The notes under the pieces were generated by a model that searched no databases, was not told the origin of the DNA, and saw only the letters and a program-made list of their open reading frames with translations. A stretch of 64,000 nucleotides of DNA, from positions 333,131 to 397,130 of the forward strand of contig NMRA01000345.1 in the NCBI GenBank assembly GCA_002633005.1, given 5' to 3'. The translations under genes were made by a program, and so were the position numbers. The DNA is from Phoronis australis. Lineage: Eukaryota; Animalia; Phoronida. Of the stretch, positions 1 to 12,000 are shown in pieces; position 1 is the first letter of the stretch, and every line of letters starts with the position of its first letter.

Positions 1-1052
1 TAAATGTAAATTGCTGCCTTATGGGTTGTGGTGTGAAGGTGTGTAAAACAGTTTAACCATTTCGCGATTTTACATTTTCGTTTTTTAGAGACTTGTTCTC
101 TAATAGTTGTGTGAATGTATTCTGGAAGAGAGGTCCAAAGTGGTCGCGGGTACGAGTGTACATAAAACCGTAAAATACCGTGTCGCTCTACGTAGAGTAG
201 CTCAGCATTCAACTCTTTCAAAAGACCTTATGCAAGATGAGAAGCAATGAGGAGTTTTGTACCACTTCTGTTGTCCTTGTGGCGCTACCATAACCAGCCA
301 CTGCACAGTGGGTACTCACCAGAGGTTTATAAGGCCTCTTCCTTTTTTCCACAAGTGAGATTATTAGACTTTAGGCGAGGTTATGCAACAAGATGGCAAT
401 CATTTGTCCCACTAATACTTCTGCTCAATTGAGAACCCTGAAAGTGGTCTACTGTAACGCATTGGTACACCAGTGTCAATTCGTTCCAATCCTCTATATT
501 GGTTCATCTTGTCATGAAGGCAAGCAATGGATTATCTTTGTGTTTGCTGTCTTGGGAGTTCATGCGCTGTAACTTTGGCCAAAAATTGCAAATTTGGTTC
601 TGATTGATGTGGTGATAAGATATTTTCAAAAAAGTCACCTGATGCTAGTCCAAGTCGGACGGGTTCCATCTTTTTGTTATTTTGACGCGCTTGACTACTT
701 CCTGTGTACTAGGGTAGTTCAAACCAAATCAAATTCAGGTAGTGAATCAGGTAATTAATTGCATGTTGCCAAAACAGTTTATTAAAAAAACTACCTTAAG
801 TTAGATACTTGTGGGAAGCTTTTGAAAAAATAGCTTCATTAAAAAGGATGCCCTCTGGTGGCTCTTGCTTTTCATTAAACAATGAGGCACACGGGTTTCA
901 ATAAAATGAAAGCAGACGGGAACCAATTTTTCTATTTTTGGCCTTACAATTTCTTTTTTGTTTTCCCTTAATTTGAATGTCATTTCCCTCTAAGAGTTCC
1001 TCATAACAGCGCTTGACCATTTGCTGATGTCGTGTTTGAATGCTCTTTACAG

Positions 1053-1240
1053 CCTCAAGTCTCCACTAAAGGAACCGCCAAAAAGTAATCCGAGCAAGCG
1101 CCACCGCGAGCGGCTGAACAATGAGCTGGACCACCTGGCTAGCCTACTGCCCTTTGACCAGCAGGTCATCTCAAAACTGGACAAATTGTCCATACTCCGA
1201 CTTGCAGTCAGTTACCTTAGGACAAAAAACTACTTTCACG
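1053..1240 (+). CDS. AHR: AHR bHLH exon (first coding exon in window; true exon 1 lies upstream)
   Basis: tttacAG acceptor and G|GTAAGG donor. Encodes [52 protein letters not shown], the AHR/spineless bHLH signature. Confidence 0.97.
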
Positions 1241-3826
1241 GTAAGGGTGAATAATATTACCAGAGTGCTGTTTGGTTTTGTGCAAATATGTCTCTGAAAT
1301 AAGTGGTGTATGAATATTGCAGATTTTCATGGCGTGAACTGGCAGAAGCTAATCTGCCAAAGTAATACAAAACAAAAGCGTTGTTTTCCAGAAACTACAT
1401 CCTGTTTGTAAAAGAGAAAAAGTCAATGCAATTTTGGTTTTGCTTTTGTCCCAAATTGTGAAATTTTACAGTAACTTGGTAGAATGTTTCATTTTTTGTG
1501 AAACTATCTGTCTCCAGTGCACTAAGATCGATACAGTACCTGAACCTTTTGACTGAAATTCTGTAAGAAGCTTTTGCAGCTTAGAGAATACAGAAACAGA
1601 AGAAATAACTTCTCAGATGTGACAATTTCGATGAAAATTTTTTTTTGAGAATGAAACGTAGATCTTGTGGCACCTTTGTTTCTGTGGTTATTAAGGATTT
1701 TGGAAAGTCCGACAAATAGTATTACAGTCAATATTTAAAAAGAAATGTGCTTGGCTGCAAAAGTGGGCAGTTGCCTGCTTCTACAAACACCGATAATGAA
1801 TGAATCACTCAATGCATTTAGTGATATCAGGATCAAAGACATTTTTAATTGATGCTTAAATCATTGATTTGCCTGAAAATGTTATCACTTTCAAAATCCC
1901 CACTTTCCTTAAAAAATCCTTTTCAGATGCTTAAATTTACTTTCCGACTAATTTATTTGCTTTATCTGTTAATCACTCGCTGTGTAAACATTAAAACAAG
2001 CAATGGTCAGGTTATATAATTGTAATCCGGCTCAGCACCGTTGTCAACAAATTAAGACAGTGATGAGCTAATCTCGCATTGAGAAAAACTCATTTCCCCA
2101 GTCAGTACCTGAGTGCACATTTAACTCAGTCTATTGCGACGTCAGTGAATTAAATGAAAAGAGAAACACTTTGAACAATTTCCTGCGAATTTCATTATTT
2201 TGCGCTAATAAGTTTTTATTGTACGCCCAATTAAGCAGCTATTAATGAAGTGATCTGAATCGCTGGTGTCATGCTTTGCTGCCTTATGACTTTGTTAGCA
2301 TACTGTAAACATCTGACTGAGCAGTCAGGCTTCAAATGAATTCCACTCAGTGGTTTCGCCAGTAATGGGTTGCCTCATGCGATGGGGTGGTCAATTGAGT
2401 GTGGCCTCTAAGTAAATGTTTTTGTTGCCATTTGTGTATAGGTAGTGAATAACTTTGTGTTGTCAGGTCTGTCTTGGTTTGCAGTTAACTTCCCCATGTA
2501 GTTGTCGTTTATGACTCCGCTTACATTGTAGAAGAGAAAGTGAAAGAATTTTCACATAAGTGGTTTCATTTAAATGTCAAATAGTGTCCTGCAGACTTAG
2601 ACATTATTTTAATTAATTTATATTAGCGAAGCCATTCAACTGCTTTGTATAGGTTGTGTCACAACAGGGCTGTTCTTTCTTATCAGGTGACAAAAACTTT
2701 TGAATGCTAAAATATTTACTTGCTAGTAGAGAACTAGGATTTTGAAAATCACAAACATTTCGTTTCGAAGATTGTATTTTAATATATCTGAAGTTAAAAG
2801 AATTTTTCAAGAAGGAAAAACTGTTTTCAAAGTTTGAAAATTGTTCTAGTTAAACTGTTGCCCAGAACTGAACAGCTTGTCTTTTATTTTTATTTGTATG
2901 ATGTAGTTGATGAATGTCTGATACAAATAAAAATAAAAGACAAACTGTCCCCAGGTAGTATTGATACAAGCAATCAGTGGAAAAGACGTTTTAGAAATCA
3001 TTTAGCGTTCACGCGGAATCATTTTTTGATGTACAACTTCAGTGCCCTTTCATGCAGGTATTTCTTTGTGGATTTTTTTGCGAAAATTTGCCGGAATCTT
3101 GGAAAATTTATCGCATGAATGTTTTAATCGTTTGAGTCAAATTTGCACCTGAAAAATGGCAATAAATTCTGCAAAAGACTCGCACGTAGAGGTCTTTAAC
3201 CATCAATGACTTGTGAAAATAAAAACCTAAACGAGTTATTGTGTTACTACCAATTCAAAAACAATGACGCGATTCGGATGACAAGTGATTCTTAATTTTT
3301 TCAATTTTTTCTAGATAGCTCTTGAGTCAAAGTATGGGTCATGGTCGCTAATGCACATGCTATGTTGTTGTCGTGGATTGATCTTTTCAACGTTTATTGC
3401 CTCTGCCAACTGATTCTTTCTTTAATCTTTGGGGAGTTCCTTTAAGGAAGTGAAGCTCTTAACGTGTTGTTTGATCAACGGTTCTGGTGGTTTTTGTCGT
3501 TTATGTGACTGGAACAAAACTGCAAACGGAATTTAATAGTGGAGGCTGAGCGAATTTGAAAAGCTTGTAATGTGTCTATTAAGCCAAATGGACATTTATT
3601 TATCAATGGATCAGGACTAATTGGCATTGAAGGATTATCTGTTTATTGCACAGAATTGTGAGGGATATGATGTGAAAATGAATTTGATAATTCTTAGATG
3701 TTATCTCTGTAATGAAAACCTGAGGCATGTGGCCAAAGTTGGTGGAGAGAGTTGGTTATGTATGTCAGTCGTGTGTTGGATTTACTAGACGTATGCACTC
3801 TGTGTTTAAGACATCGGTGTGCATTT

Positions 3827-3858
3827 GTGTGTGTGTGTGCGTGTGTGTGAGTGCGTGC
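3827..3858. repeat. (TG)n/(TGCG) microsatellite
   Basis: gtgtgtgtgtgtgcgtgtgtgtgagtgcgtgc. Confidence 0.8.
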
Positions 3859-4479
3859 CTGCGTTCATGCATGAGCGTTTAAGTATGGTAGAATCTAATC
3901 AATTTCAGTCAAAATAAATTTAATTGTTATATTTTTCCAAGGCTTCTAAGATTGTGAATTCTCAGTCTTTCAAAACTTTGATGATAGCTAGGACATAAAA
4001 CTTGATAATGACAAGACTACGATGTGCTATTTAAAATTTTTGAAAAAAATGAAAAATCAAATTTCGTTTTCTGCTAAGTTGTTTATTAAAGTGGTGAGAT
4101 TTTACTGAACGCTTTGCCTTGGTGTTTAACATAACTTTTAAGTTTCTTAAAAATTTGATTTTTTCCCAAAATAAGGTTTGTCAGGTAAACTTAAAGGCAA
4201 ACGTCACCAAAAGGCAGCGTGCAAAATTATGATACAAGGTCTTCGATTTAGCACACAATGCAGTGGAGAAGTGTAATCTTATTCTCTTAAACAGTCGAGT
4301 AAATATAACTTAAGAAAATTCCTCTTTCTTTTTAGCATAGTTTTCATGTTGTAGCTACCCTTAAACAATATGTGAGCACAGGTAGGAATGCAGTGAGACT
4401 TGAAAAAAATATTAAAAAATTACATGGGTTTGTTTTGCTCCTAACTCAGGAAGAATTATCCCCCATAGTAAAGTGTAAC

Positions 4480-4700
4480 TACCGTAGCTACAGCAAAACT
4501 ACAATTCTCCATTAATTTCGCACAAAAATAATTGTCAAAATCATCATTTTTTCGAAGCTAAGGTTGATTACTTTACTGCATATAATGGAGAATTTACCAA
4601 AAGTTGTTTTACGAAATCTACCTTCAGTACAAACTATGCTAGTCTTGCAATAAAATGCTCTTAGTCTTTATTTTCGGGAAAATTTTGGCAAAATATAATG
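4480..4700 (+). repeat. Degenerate interspersed repeat (TA-CCGTA terminus, Tc1/mariner-type MITE), related to 22247-22500
   Basis: Blocks cgcacaaaaataattg, gttgtttt(a/g)(c/t)gaaatc and cagtacaaac(t/c)atgctagt are shared with the 22.3-kb copy. Confidence 0.6.
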
Positions 4701-4807
4701 ATTTTGAGTTCAAAGTTCCATCACATGTTCGTTGATGACAGCTGTATTGTATTAAGTTTTCGAATAATCTTGTAAAATTGTTGTTACTTTCCTGTCATGT
4801 TGTGATC

Positions 4808-5547
4808 TAGCCAGCCAGCTAGCTGTATGAAGACTGTCATCAAAATACAGCTAGGTACCACTGTGTGTATTTCTTCCGTAGACCCCGAAATTGCACGCAG
4901 CCAGAGTAGTTCTGCTCGTCACCGCGCCGTGAAACGTGTATCAAAATGTAAAGACCGGACGGGGTGCATGCACGATCTGGGAATCAACCGATACCCACCT
5001 TGCCCGTTACAACCGTTTAAGTGAAAAACAATGAACATTTTCTTGTGTAACTCTCCGCCTTTTCTAACAATGAAAAGTATGTCGTCGTTTCTAAAGCAAT
5101 ACGCTCGTGTCACGTGCACGTGCCATTTCCTAAATTTTCACGACAACTTCAGAGAAGCAAAATTTGTTCTGAAATTTATTTTTTGGTATCGGAATTCTAA
5201 AAAATTATAATGAAGTGAAACCAGTTCCAACAATTTGTTGTGACGTATACGCAAGCTCGTGAAAGAACAGCAGTTGATTGAAGAATCGGCGAAAAAAGAA
5301 GCTGGCCAATAGGTGACGCAATATTTCATGGCGCGGTCGAAAGCCATCGCTAAAGATCGCTCAACAACTTTAGCTGCAGAATAACGGTAGAACGCCATTT
5401 TTTTCAACACTGTTAAATAATTTTGTTTACTCAAGGAAGACTGGTTTTTAATGACACTAAATTTGTGTCAGATTTTATCTTACCACTTTTTTACCCACAT
5501 CGGTGCAAAGCTGTATATTTATACACAGCTTTTTACCATGAAGGCTA
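4808..5547 (+). mobile_element. Non-autonomous DNA transposon, TAGCC..GGCTA ends, 9-bp TSD (AcademH-like), copy 1
   Basis: TSD GTTGTGATC at 4799-4807 and 5548-5556. Colinear over its full length with 49614-50358. Confidence 0.88.
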
Positions 5548-6361
5548 GTTGTGATCTTGAGTTTGAAAAAACTACCACGCCACACTTTTCATGCTTTTCA
5601 CACGGTGTCAATGTTCTTTTCTTCTAAATAAGTTAATTTCATTTCTACTGCCCCAAAGGCAGTTCAAACGACAGTTGGGTTATAGGCAGTTGTATTTAAG
5701 TCTCAAACATCAGATCATTCAACCTTTGTGGCCTTTCATAGCATTTGTCATTGAATTTGTCTTTGGTTAGCACATTGGGAGAAATAAAACACTTAGAGGT
5801 CTTCTCATGTCCTGCTGTGTTATTGTTCATTAGGATAAGGCAATAGACTACTATCATCAACTGACAATAGGATGACCGCCGGAAAAAGAGACAAAACTTT
5901 TCATTTAATCTTCTTGTTAATTGTGTGTTGTCGGTGTGTAAGTTTGTTTGGAAACAAAAAGGCTTTAATTAGGATGTCAGGAAATGCTTGGGCGATGTAG
6001 TGTATAGAGTTACTAAGTTGCCTTTGGCCTTGTGAAATGGCTACCTTGTGCCAATGTGACATTTAGGAAAATGGATTGATATCCTGTTTTATTTATCGAA
6101 CTTTCGCGGAGCGTATGTCATTATATCTACTAAGCCATTATGAGGAAAAATGGAAACTTGTTTTTGATGTGGTTTTGAAAATTTGAATTTGTGTTAACAC
6201 AGTTTTCCTGCTAACATGTAGCAATTTCAAAACACTCTAAGGTGGCATTCTACGTTAGTAATTATTATGCAAATGAATTAAGAAATGGCTTGCTCCCTTG
6301 GCATATCTGGGGAAACGGTTATTTTGAATCTTTGGTTTAGGAGTCATGTCTGTATTCTACA

Positions 6362-6695
6362 CAAATAGGTAAATAAAACAACGAGAATGGATCAACTGAA
6401 ATTTTCGGATATAATTTTTTGTTGGTCAACAGAAACAGAAATAAAGTAAAATCAAACACTATATGACAAGTGACATTTAAGATATGGATGAATATGATAC
6501 ATTGTTGCGGAAAAAAACTTCTTAAATTATATCATTGAATTTTTTCCGCAACAATGTTTCATATTCATCCACATCTTAAATGTCACTTGTCATTTAGTGT
6601 TTGATTTTATGTTATTTCTGTTTCTGTTGACCAAGGACATTATAATATCCGAAAATTTCAGTTGATCTGTTCTTGTTGTTTTATTTACCTATTTA
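6362..6695. mobile_element. Long foldback (palindromic) element with arms of about 155 bp
   Basis: aaataggtaaataaaacaac...ttgttgcggaaaaaa is mirrored by ttttttccgcaacaa...gttgttttatttacctattt. Flanked by direct TATTCTACA. A half copy is at 35337-35527. Confidence 0.88.
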
Positions 6696-6768
6696 TATTC
6701 TACATTTCGTGAAACATCCTTGGAAGGATCTGGATCGCCTTATTTAGTTTCAGATTTATTTTCTACGT

Positions 6769-7058
6769 TATTCTACACAGAAATGTATTAGAAAACTGTA
6801 GATTCCCAGTAAAGTAAAACGAGGAACGTCGGCATTACAGCAAATTAAAGTATTCCTCACGTTTTAAGCAATACGCTGTTTATCAAGGGCACGAGTCTGT
6901 GTCATGCCCTTGATAAAGAGCATACCGCTTCAAAGGTGGGGATTATTTTGATTTATTTTAGTACCGATGTTGGTCATTTTACGTGATACTATTTTACTCT
7001 TCTTAACCGTCAGTAAATGCACGGCGTTCTCAACACCAGTTTCTGGTTTGATAGAATA
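6769..7058. repeat. Second, more diverged foldback element
   Basis: Core stem tttatcaagggca/tgcccttgataaa. Arms align across 6814-6982, with looser pairing out to TATTCTA..TAGAATA. Confidence 0.7.
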
Positions 7059-8150
7059 GCGTTGTCGTAACTTAATATGGTAACTATGAGTTTACATTCT
7101 GTCGTAATCTAGTATTTACATTTTTTAATTACAGCCATTGCTCTGAGTCTTGATGAAAATGACTTTTTTCGTAATAAGGAAGTCGTTTAGAGAGTTTATA
7201 TAAGTTATGAAGTTCAATAGCCGTAACCTTCGACCGTTATTGATCGCCGCCCAGATCTTTAATATTAAAGGATTGCACATTTGGTTGCCGTGACGACTAC
7301 CTGTTAAACTCGCTTACACCTGACCAGTTGTGACCATTTGTATTAGTGGCGTAATTAATGCTGCTTTGATTGTGTTGCCTTCTGCGGCGACAATTGTTTA
7401 ATGATGCAATCCATCAGGGGTATTGTTCTTTTTAATTAGTGACTGATCTAACAGGTACTATATTTGTGACCTGAGAGAAGCATGTCATTTTAATCATGTA
7501 CGATTGCCGCGCACCTGTCAGTCAAAAAGTTCTTTGAGAAGCTGATTGCTGTAGTCGCACAAAAGGTTTGGATAATGACCACCGTTTGTCCTCCATGCAT
7601 GGCCGATCGTACATTGTGTGCGTGATTCGAAACATTTAATGTGCAATCTGACGTGTTTTTTATTTGAAAAACATTTGTTGTGATCAAATTATAGTACATG
7701 GCAAAAATAGTCGGACAAAATGATCTGGAATTTCCTGTCATGATGGCTGAGTGCATGGGGAATTTGCCGTCAAACCTAGAATGTTGTATCATAACGACTT
7801 ATGAACCCTCGTGACAGGGATTAATGGTATGTCTTGTTTTTATCTATTTTGTGCGAGATTTTTAATATGAGTGGTCAGTTTGTTGTGCTCACATTTCCTT
7901 GATCGTAGTCAATTTAAATAATTCTTCTGTTTGGTCCTCTTCATATCACAGAAGTTAACAATTTCTCTGTAGGAACCTAAAAGTCGATGAGCTGTCGGCA
8001 TAAAATAAAATCAGCAACTTGAAGACTGAAAAGAGCCATTTTTTCAAATTAACCATAGTTCTTAACAATTTTTGGAACCGATACGAAAAGTGTAAGTGTT
8101 CAGAAGAGCAAGCCTGAATGTAACAACGAAGGTGTCTGCCGATAACTTAA

Positions 8151-9072
8151 GGTGACTGGGTCATTTCGCCGCGGCGTCTCTCCACTTCAGTCACATTTAC
8201 ACAAAATTATCGCAAGCTCGATCAGCACAAAGTCAATTTTACAAAGACAATTCGTGCACGTTCAAATTAACAATCACCACCCTATGTACACTATATTGTG
8301 CAAGCACAATACACCATGATCCTTCTCAGTCTTGCTCCAGATTGTGTTTAGCCCGGTAGTTGACATCAGAGTGCAACATACCCAACTGTAGCATGCTTTA
8401 TCAGTGTTGGAAGTGACCAATTTTGTCTATTTCTTTTCTGCGAAATGAGTGGACAATTACCATAGTTAAGATCAGAATGAAGTATTTAAAAACTTACAGC
8501 AACTTCAATGTAACTTGCATTTTGCTTGGGTGATTCAACAGGAAATTCCTTCTGGCCCGATTCATTTCAGAAAATTTTTGAATTTTGTAGAGCCAGTTCC
8601 AAGTTTTGCAGTCAATTTGACTTCTGGTTTGTGGTCAATCGTGCCAACCTGGTGTGCCGAGGTAATTTACAGTTGAAGCAGGAAATAGTTTTCACACTTC
8701 TTTTGGCACCTTGGCTGGGGGACGGAAACCGGAAACTGGATGAGTGTGCTGTGTGAAAAACTGTGAAAATGAATTCTGCATGAGAATGTCTCCGATTTCC
8801 TTTGAGCTTTGCACAAAGAAAAATATCCGAAAATTTCCTTTTTGCCTGAATTTGTTTTTGTTTTACCAGAACGGACCCTCACTTGATTTGGCTATGGGCA
8901 TGAAATTGCGCTGAAAAAAATCTGCTGATTTCAGCGTTTAAGTTTCTTGTTTCTATAAATGTTATTGCCGCTCAAGATGGCACATTTTTAGAGTGAATTT
9001 TAATTTTTTCTTTGTAGATTTTTTCCGTAAGCTCTAATTCTGCAAAATTGGAATCACTGTTCCCCAGTCACC
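8151..9072. mobile_element. Possible Kolobok-like non-autonomous element
   Basis: TTAA followed by GGTGACTGGG at the left, CCCAGTCACC at the right (10-bp TIR). The right TTAA is not preserved. Confidence 0.4.
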
Positions 9073-12000
9073 AAAACATGATATTTCAATTAATCCGTCT
9101 TTCATTACTTGTATATTGAAAAGAAAATCAAACCCACTGTCTTGTTTTAGATGTCATTATCTGCGCTAAGAGAAAATTTCATAAAAATTGATACATTACG
9201 AGATTAATGGTACATGTAATTGGTGTGGACAAGGTTACCACAGAGTGTTTTATGATGAGGGATCTTGATCAAATAGTGAACAACCAAGCGAGAGGCTGTC
9301 AAATGAATATGGCTGGTTGTGTTGCAATTTTTAAAACAGAGATTATTAAATTCATCAAGACTTGCTGTAATCATGCGGATTTACACCCATACATCTTCAG
9401 TTGGGGAATTATAAAATCAAGGTTTAGGCATTAATTCGATCGTGGGTTTTTAAAAAGAAAGTTTGAGAAGTCATAGCTGGGAGTTGACAGTCTCCAAGGG
9501 TTGATAATGTGCGAATGCTGAGCAATGGACGTGAGATAGTATCCGAATTTGGAAACCGGTGTTGTCTCCAGGGGTTGAAATTAAAGAATTTCGTAATGGA
9601 ATAAAACATAAAGTGGAGTACAGCAAAGGCCTGCCCGAGCGAGGCAATGTATTGCTGAAACTCTACATGTTTGTCAAGTGAGTTAAGTTCATGTGAAATG
9701 GGCTTTTACATAGATGCAGCGGTGCTTTCTGAATGAGGTATTGATTGTGTGTATGTGTTAAGCCAACCTTAAACATTTAAAAATGAAAATGTAGAGGTTT
9801 AGGAAGCGGGACTTTAACCTGGGTCCAATAATTTGTTGGTGGCGGGTGGTGACTGCACTGTATAGACGGGGAGGGGACTGTGTGTTTTCCTCTAAAAATA
9901 GTTTTACCTGACTGCCTTGTTGTCCTTCAGATGTAAACGCGGAATATCTGAGAAAGAAACGGGGAAACAAAATTATAGAAGTCTGTTGCGTTTGAATAGT
10001 GAAAGTCGACTCTTGGAGGCCCAATTTCTTTAAAAACTGCGTTGCATGTCAGCTCCACACATTGAAAACTGTCAAGTTAGAGACTTCCTATGCACCTATT
10101 TTTCAGAAGAAATTTGTTCAGATTTTTAAATTAATGAAAGCATATTTTAGGGACTACAAAGCTCCATGCATTTCTCCGGGGACAACTCTCTAGGAAGGGA
10201 TATTGGGATGGACTTTCACTTTTCTTCCTTTTTATACACCCAAATATACATTTAGGTGCATTATGGTGAGTCAGCACCGTTCGCTTGTCCTGCGTCTGCT
10301 GCTGTATCTCCAAAATCCCTTGATGGATGTTTGGGAAATTTGGAAAAGAGTTATCTATTAGGAAGCCTACATTGCTATCTTGTTTTCACTGGATTCAGTA
10401 TATTCTGTGCCACTTCGTCCGTGGTTTTTCAGGTTTTTGGAGTTTGCTGGTGTAATTACCTCTCTTGGCAAAACTGACTCTAAGGAAGATTATGAAAATT
10501 GTACTGATGACGATTTCCAAATGGTTCTGACAACTACGGCACCTTCTAGAGGCAGTTTTTGTGTCCATGGCTGTATCTCACGAACCCTTGCAGGAACTTG
10601 ATTAAATTTTGCTATTGAAGTGTAATAACTCGTATGAAAGTGACAATGGATGGCAACAACTTAGGACAGATCCAACTTGCCGAAAACACTAGCCAATGAA
10701 ATGGGTCAAAGGTGGTTTCATGTTCACGCGACATGTTTATACAACTCAATGAAGAGGGATGTTCTCTGTTAGTGTTCAACTTGATTCCAAACTTCAAGTC
10801 GCAAATGTGACCTGCAGCTCACTTAATGTCGCGTTGAGTCCTTTTTGATTACAACCGACACCAAACTTTCTTGTATTCTATTAAAGTGTGCATTGCTGGG
10901 TAAAGCACGTCACTATTTTAGTCGTATAGCAAACCGCAGGTGCCGATTACCTGAATAATTAGCGCTTTGTCTATAAGTTATTGTTGCGGACGAAGATACG
11001 TGTACGAACTATTTTTTCCTTTGGACCTCTACTGTACGGGTTCACTAGACTCATTTCCAGTCAAAGTCGTTTGTATTTCTTTGCATAAAAGTAAGCAAAT
11101 ACTTGTTGAGTAATGCCTCTGCGGTAACTTTTGATTGATGACCGGCTCATGTCTGCTTACCTCCCATTCTTATCTTCATTGCGTGGTTTGTTTCACACAA
11201 GGGCGAGTGAATGGCGCCGAGCATTCAAGATAAGACAGCCACACAAAACCTTAGCTTGACAATTCGTTGGGTCACGGAATCTCTAACATAACTGTTTCCC
11301 CCTCCCCTGTAGTTACAATTTTGTAACTGACGATGATTTTTCAACGGGTCAGCTCCGCTGTGTGACCCTCTTGTGGCAATTTTTATTTTGTGGCCTTGAC
11401 TCGGTACAGGTTTCTTGATGAAATCTTCATGAAATTGTTTTTACTGTAAAAGATGGAACTGACGTGAATTATTGGAAAATCCAACTGCTGCACAATTTTG
11501 TTTTCCTTTGCATTTGTCTCGATCATTAACCTACCGAATTCCTTGATAGATGTTCGTGGAATTTGGCTAGTAAGTCAATGTCTCATAGACAGCTGCATCT
11601 GGTGCTGTTCTATATGGATTTGATCTATGTTGCGCTCTTTCTATTGTTTTTCTGTCCTTTGTCGTCTCAGCTTGTGTATCCTCCAAACTTCTTGAAGACT
11701 GATCATGAAAGGTGGCAGGTGTGTTACTATTGAGGAGAGTATATCTGTCTTGCTTTGCACCCCCTAGAGGCTATTTTTATGTTAACTACCATTGCTCTGT
11801 TAAGTCACAATGTTAAAAATAACTATCATCTCCTGTATCTGCGCTGTACGCAATGCACACAGTAGATTCACTTCAACTCTCCGTGTGGCTTTGCTTTAAA
11901 GTTATGTATATTTCTTTACATTGATCCGCCCATGACTGAGAAGGGCCTTGAGAACGGCAACAATTGTTGAATCCATTTCCTTTTTTCGAAAATGTATCCT

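Noticed and set aside
247-432. Possible AHR exon 1
   Set aside because: It lacks the basic KRR-type N-terminal motif and a convincing phase-2 donor. Exon 1 is probably upstream of the window.
4827-5434. Similar short ORFs here and at 49943-50245, suggesting a protein family
   Set aside because: The similarity comes from two copies of the same non-coding transposon, and the frames are not preserved across indels.
1330-11185. XRE-like TNGCGTG sites at 1330 and 11179 (AHR autoregulation)
   Set aside because: Isolated 7-mers, not clustered, and expected by chance in 14 kb.
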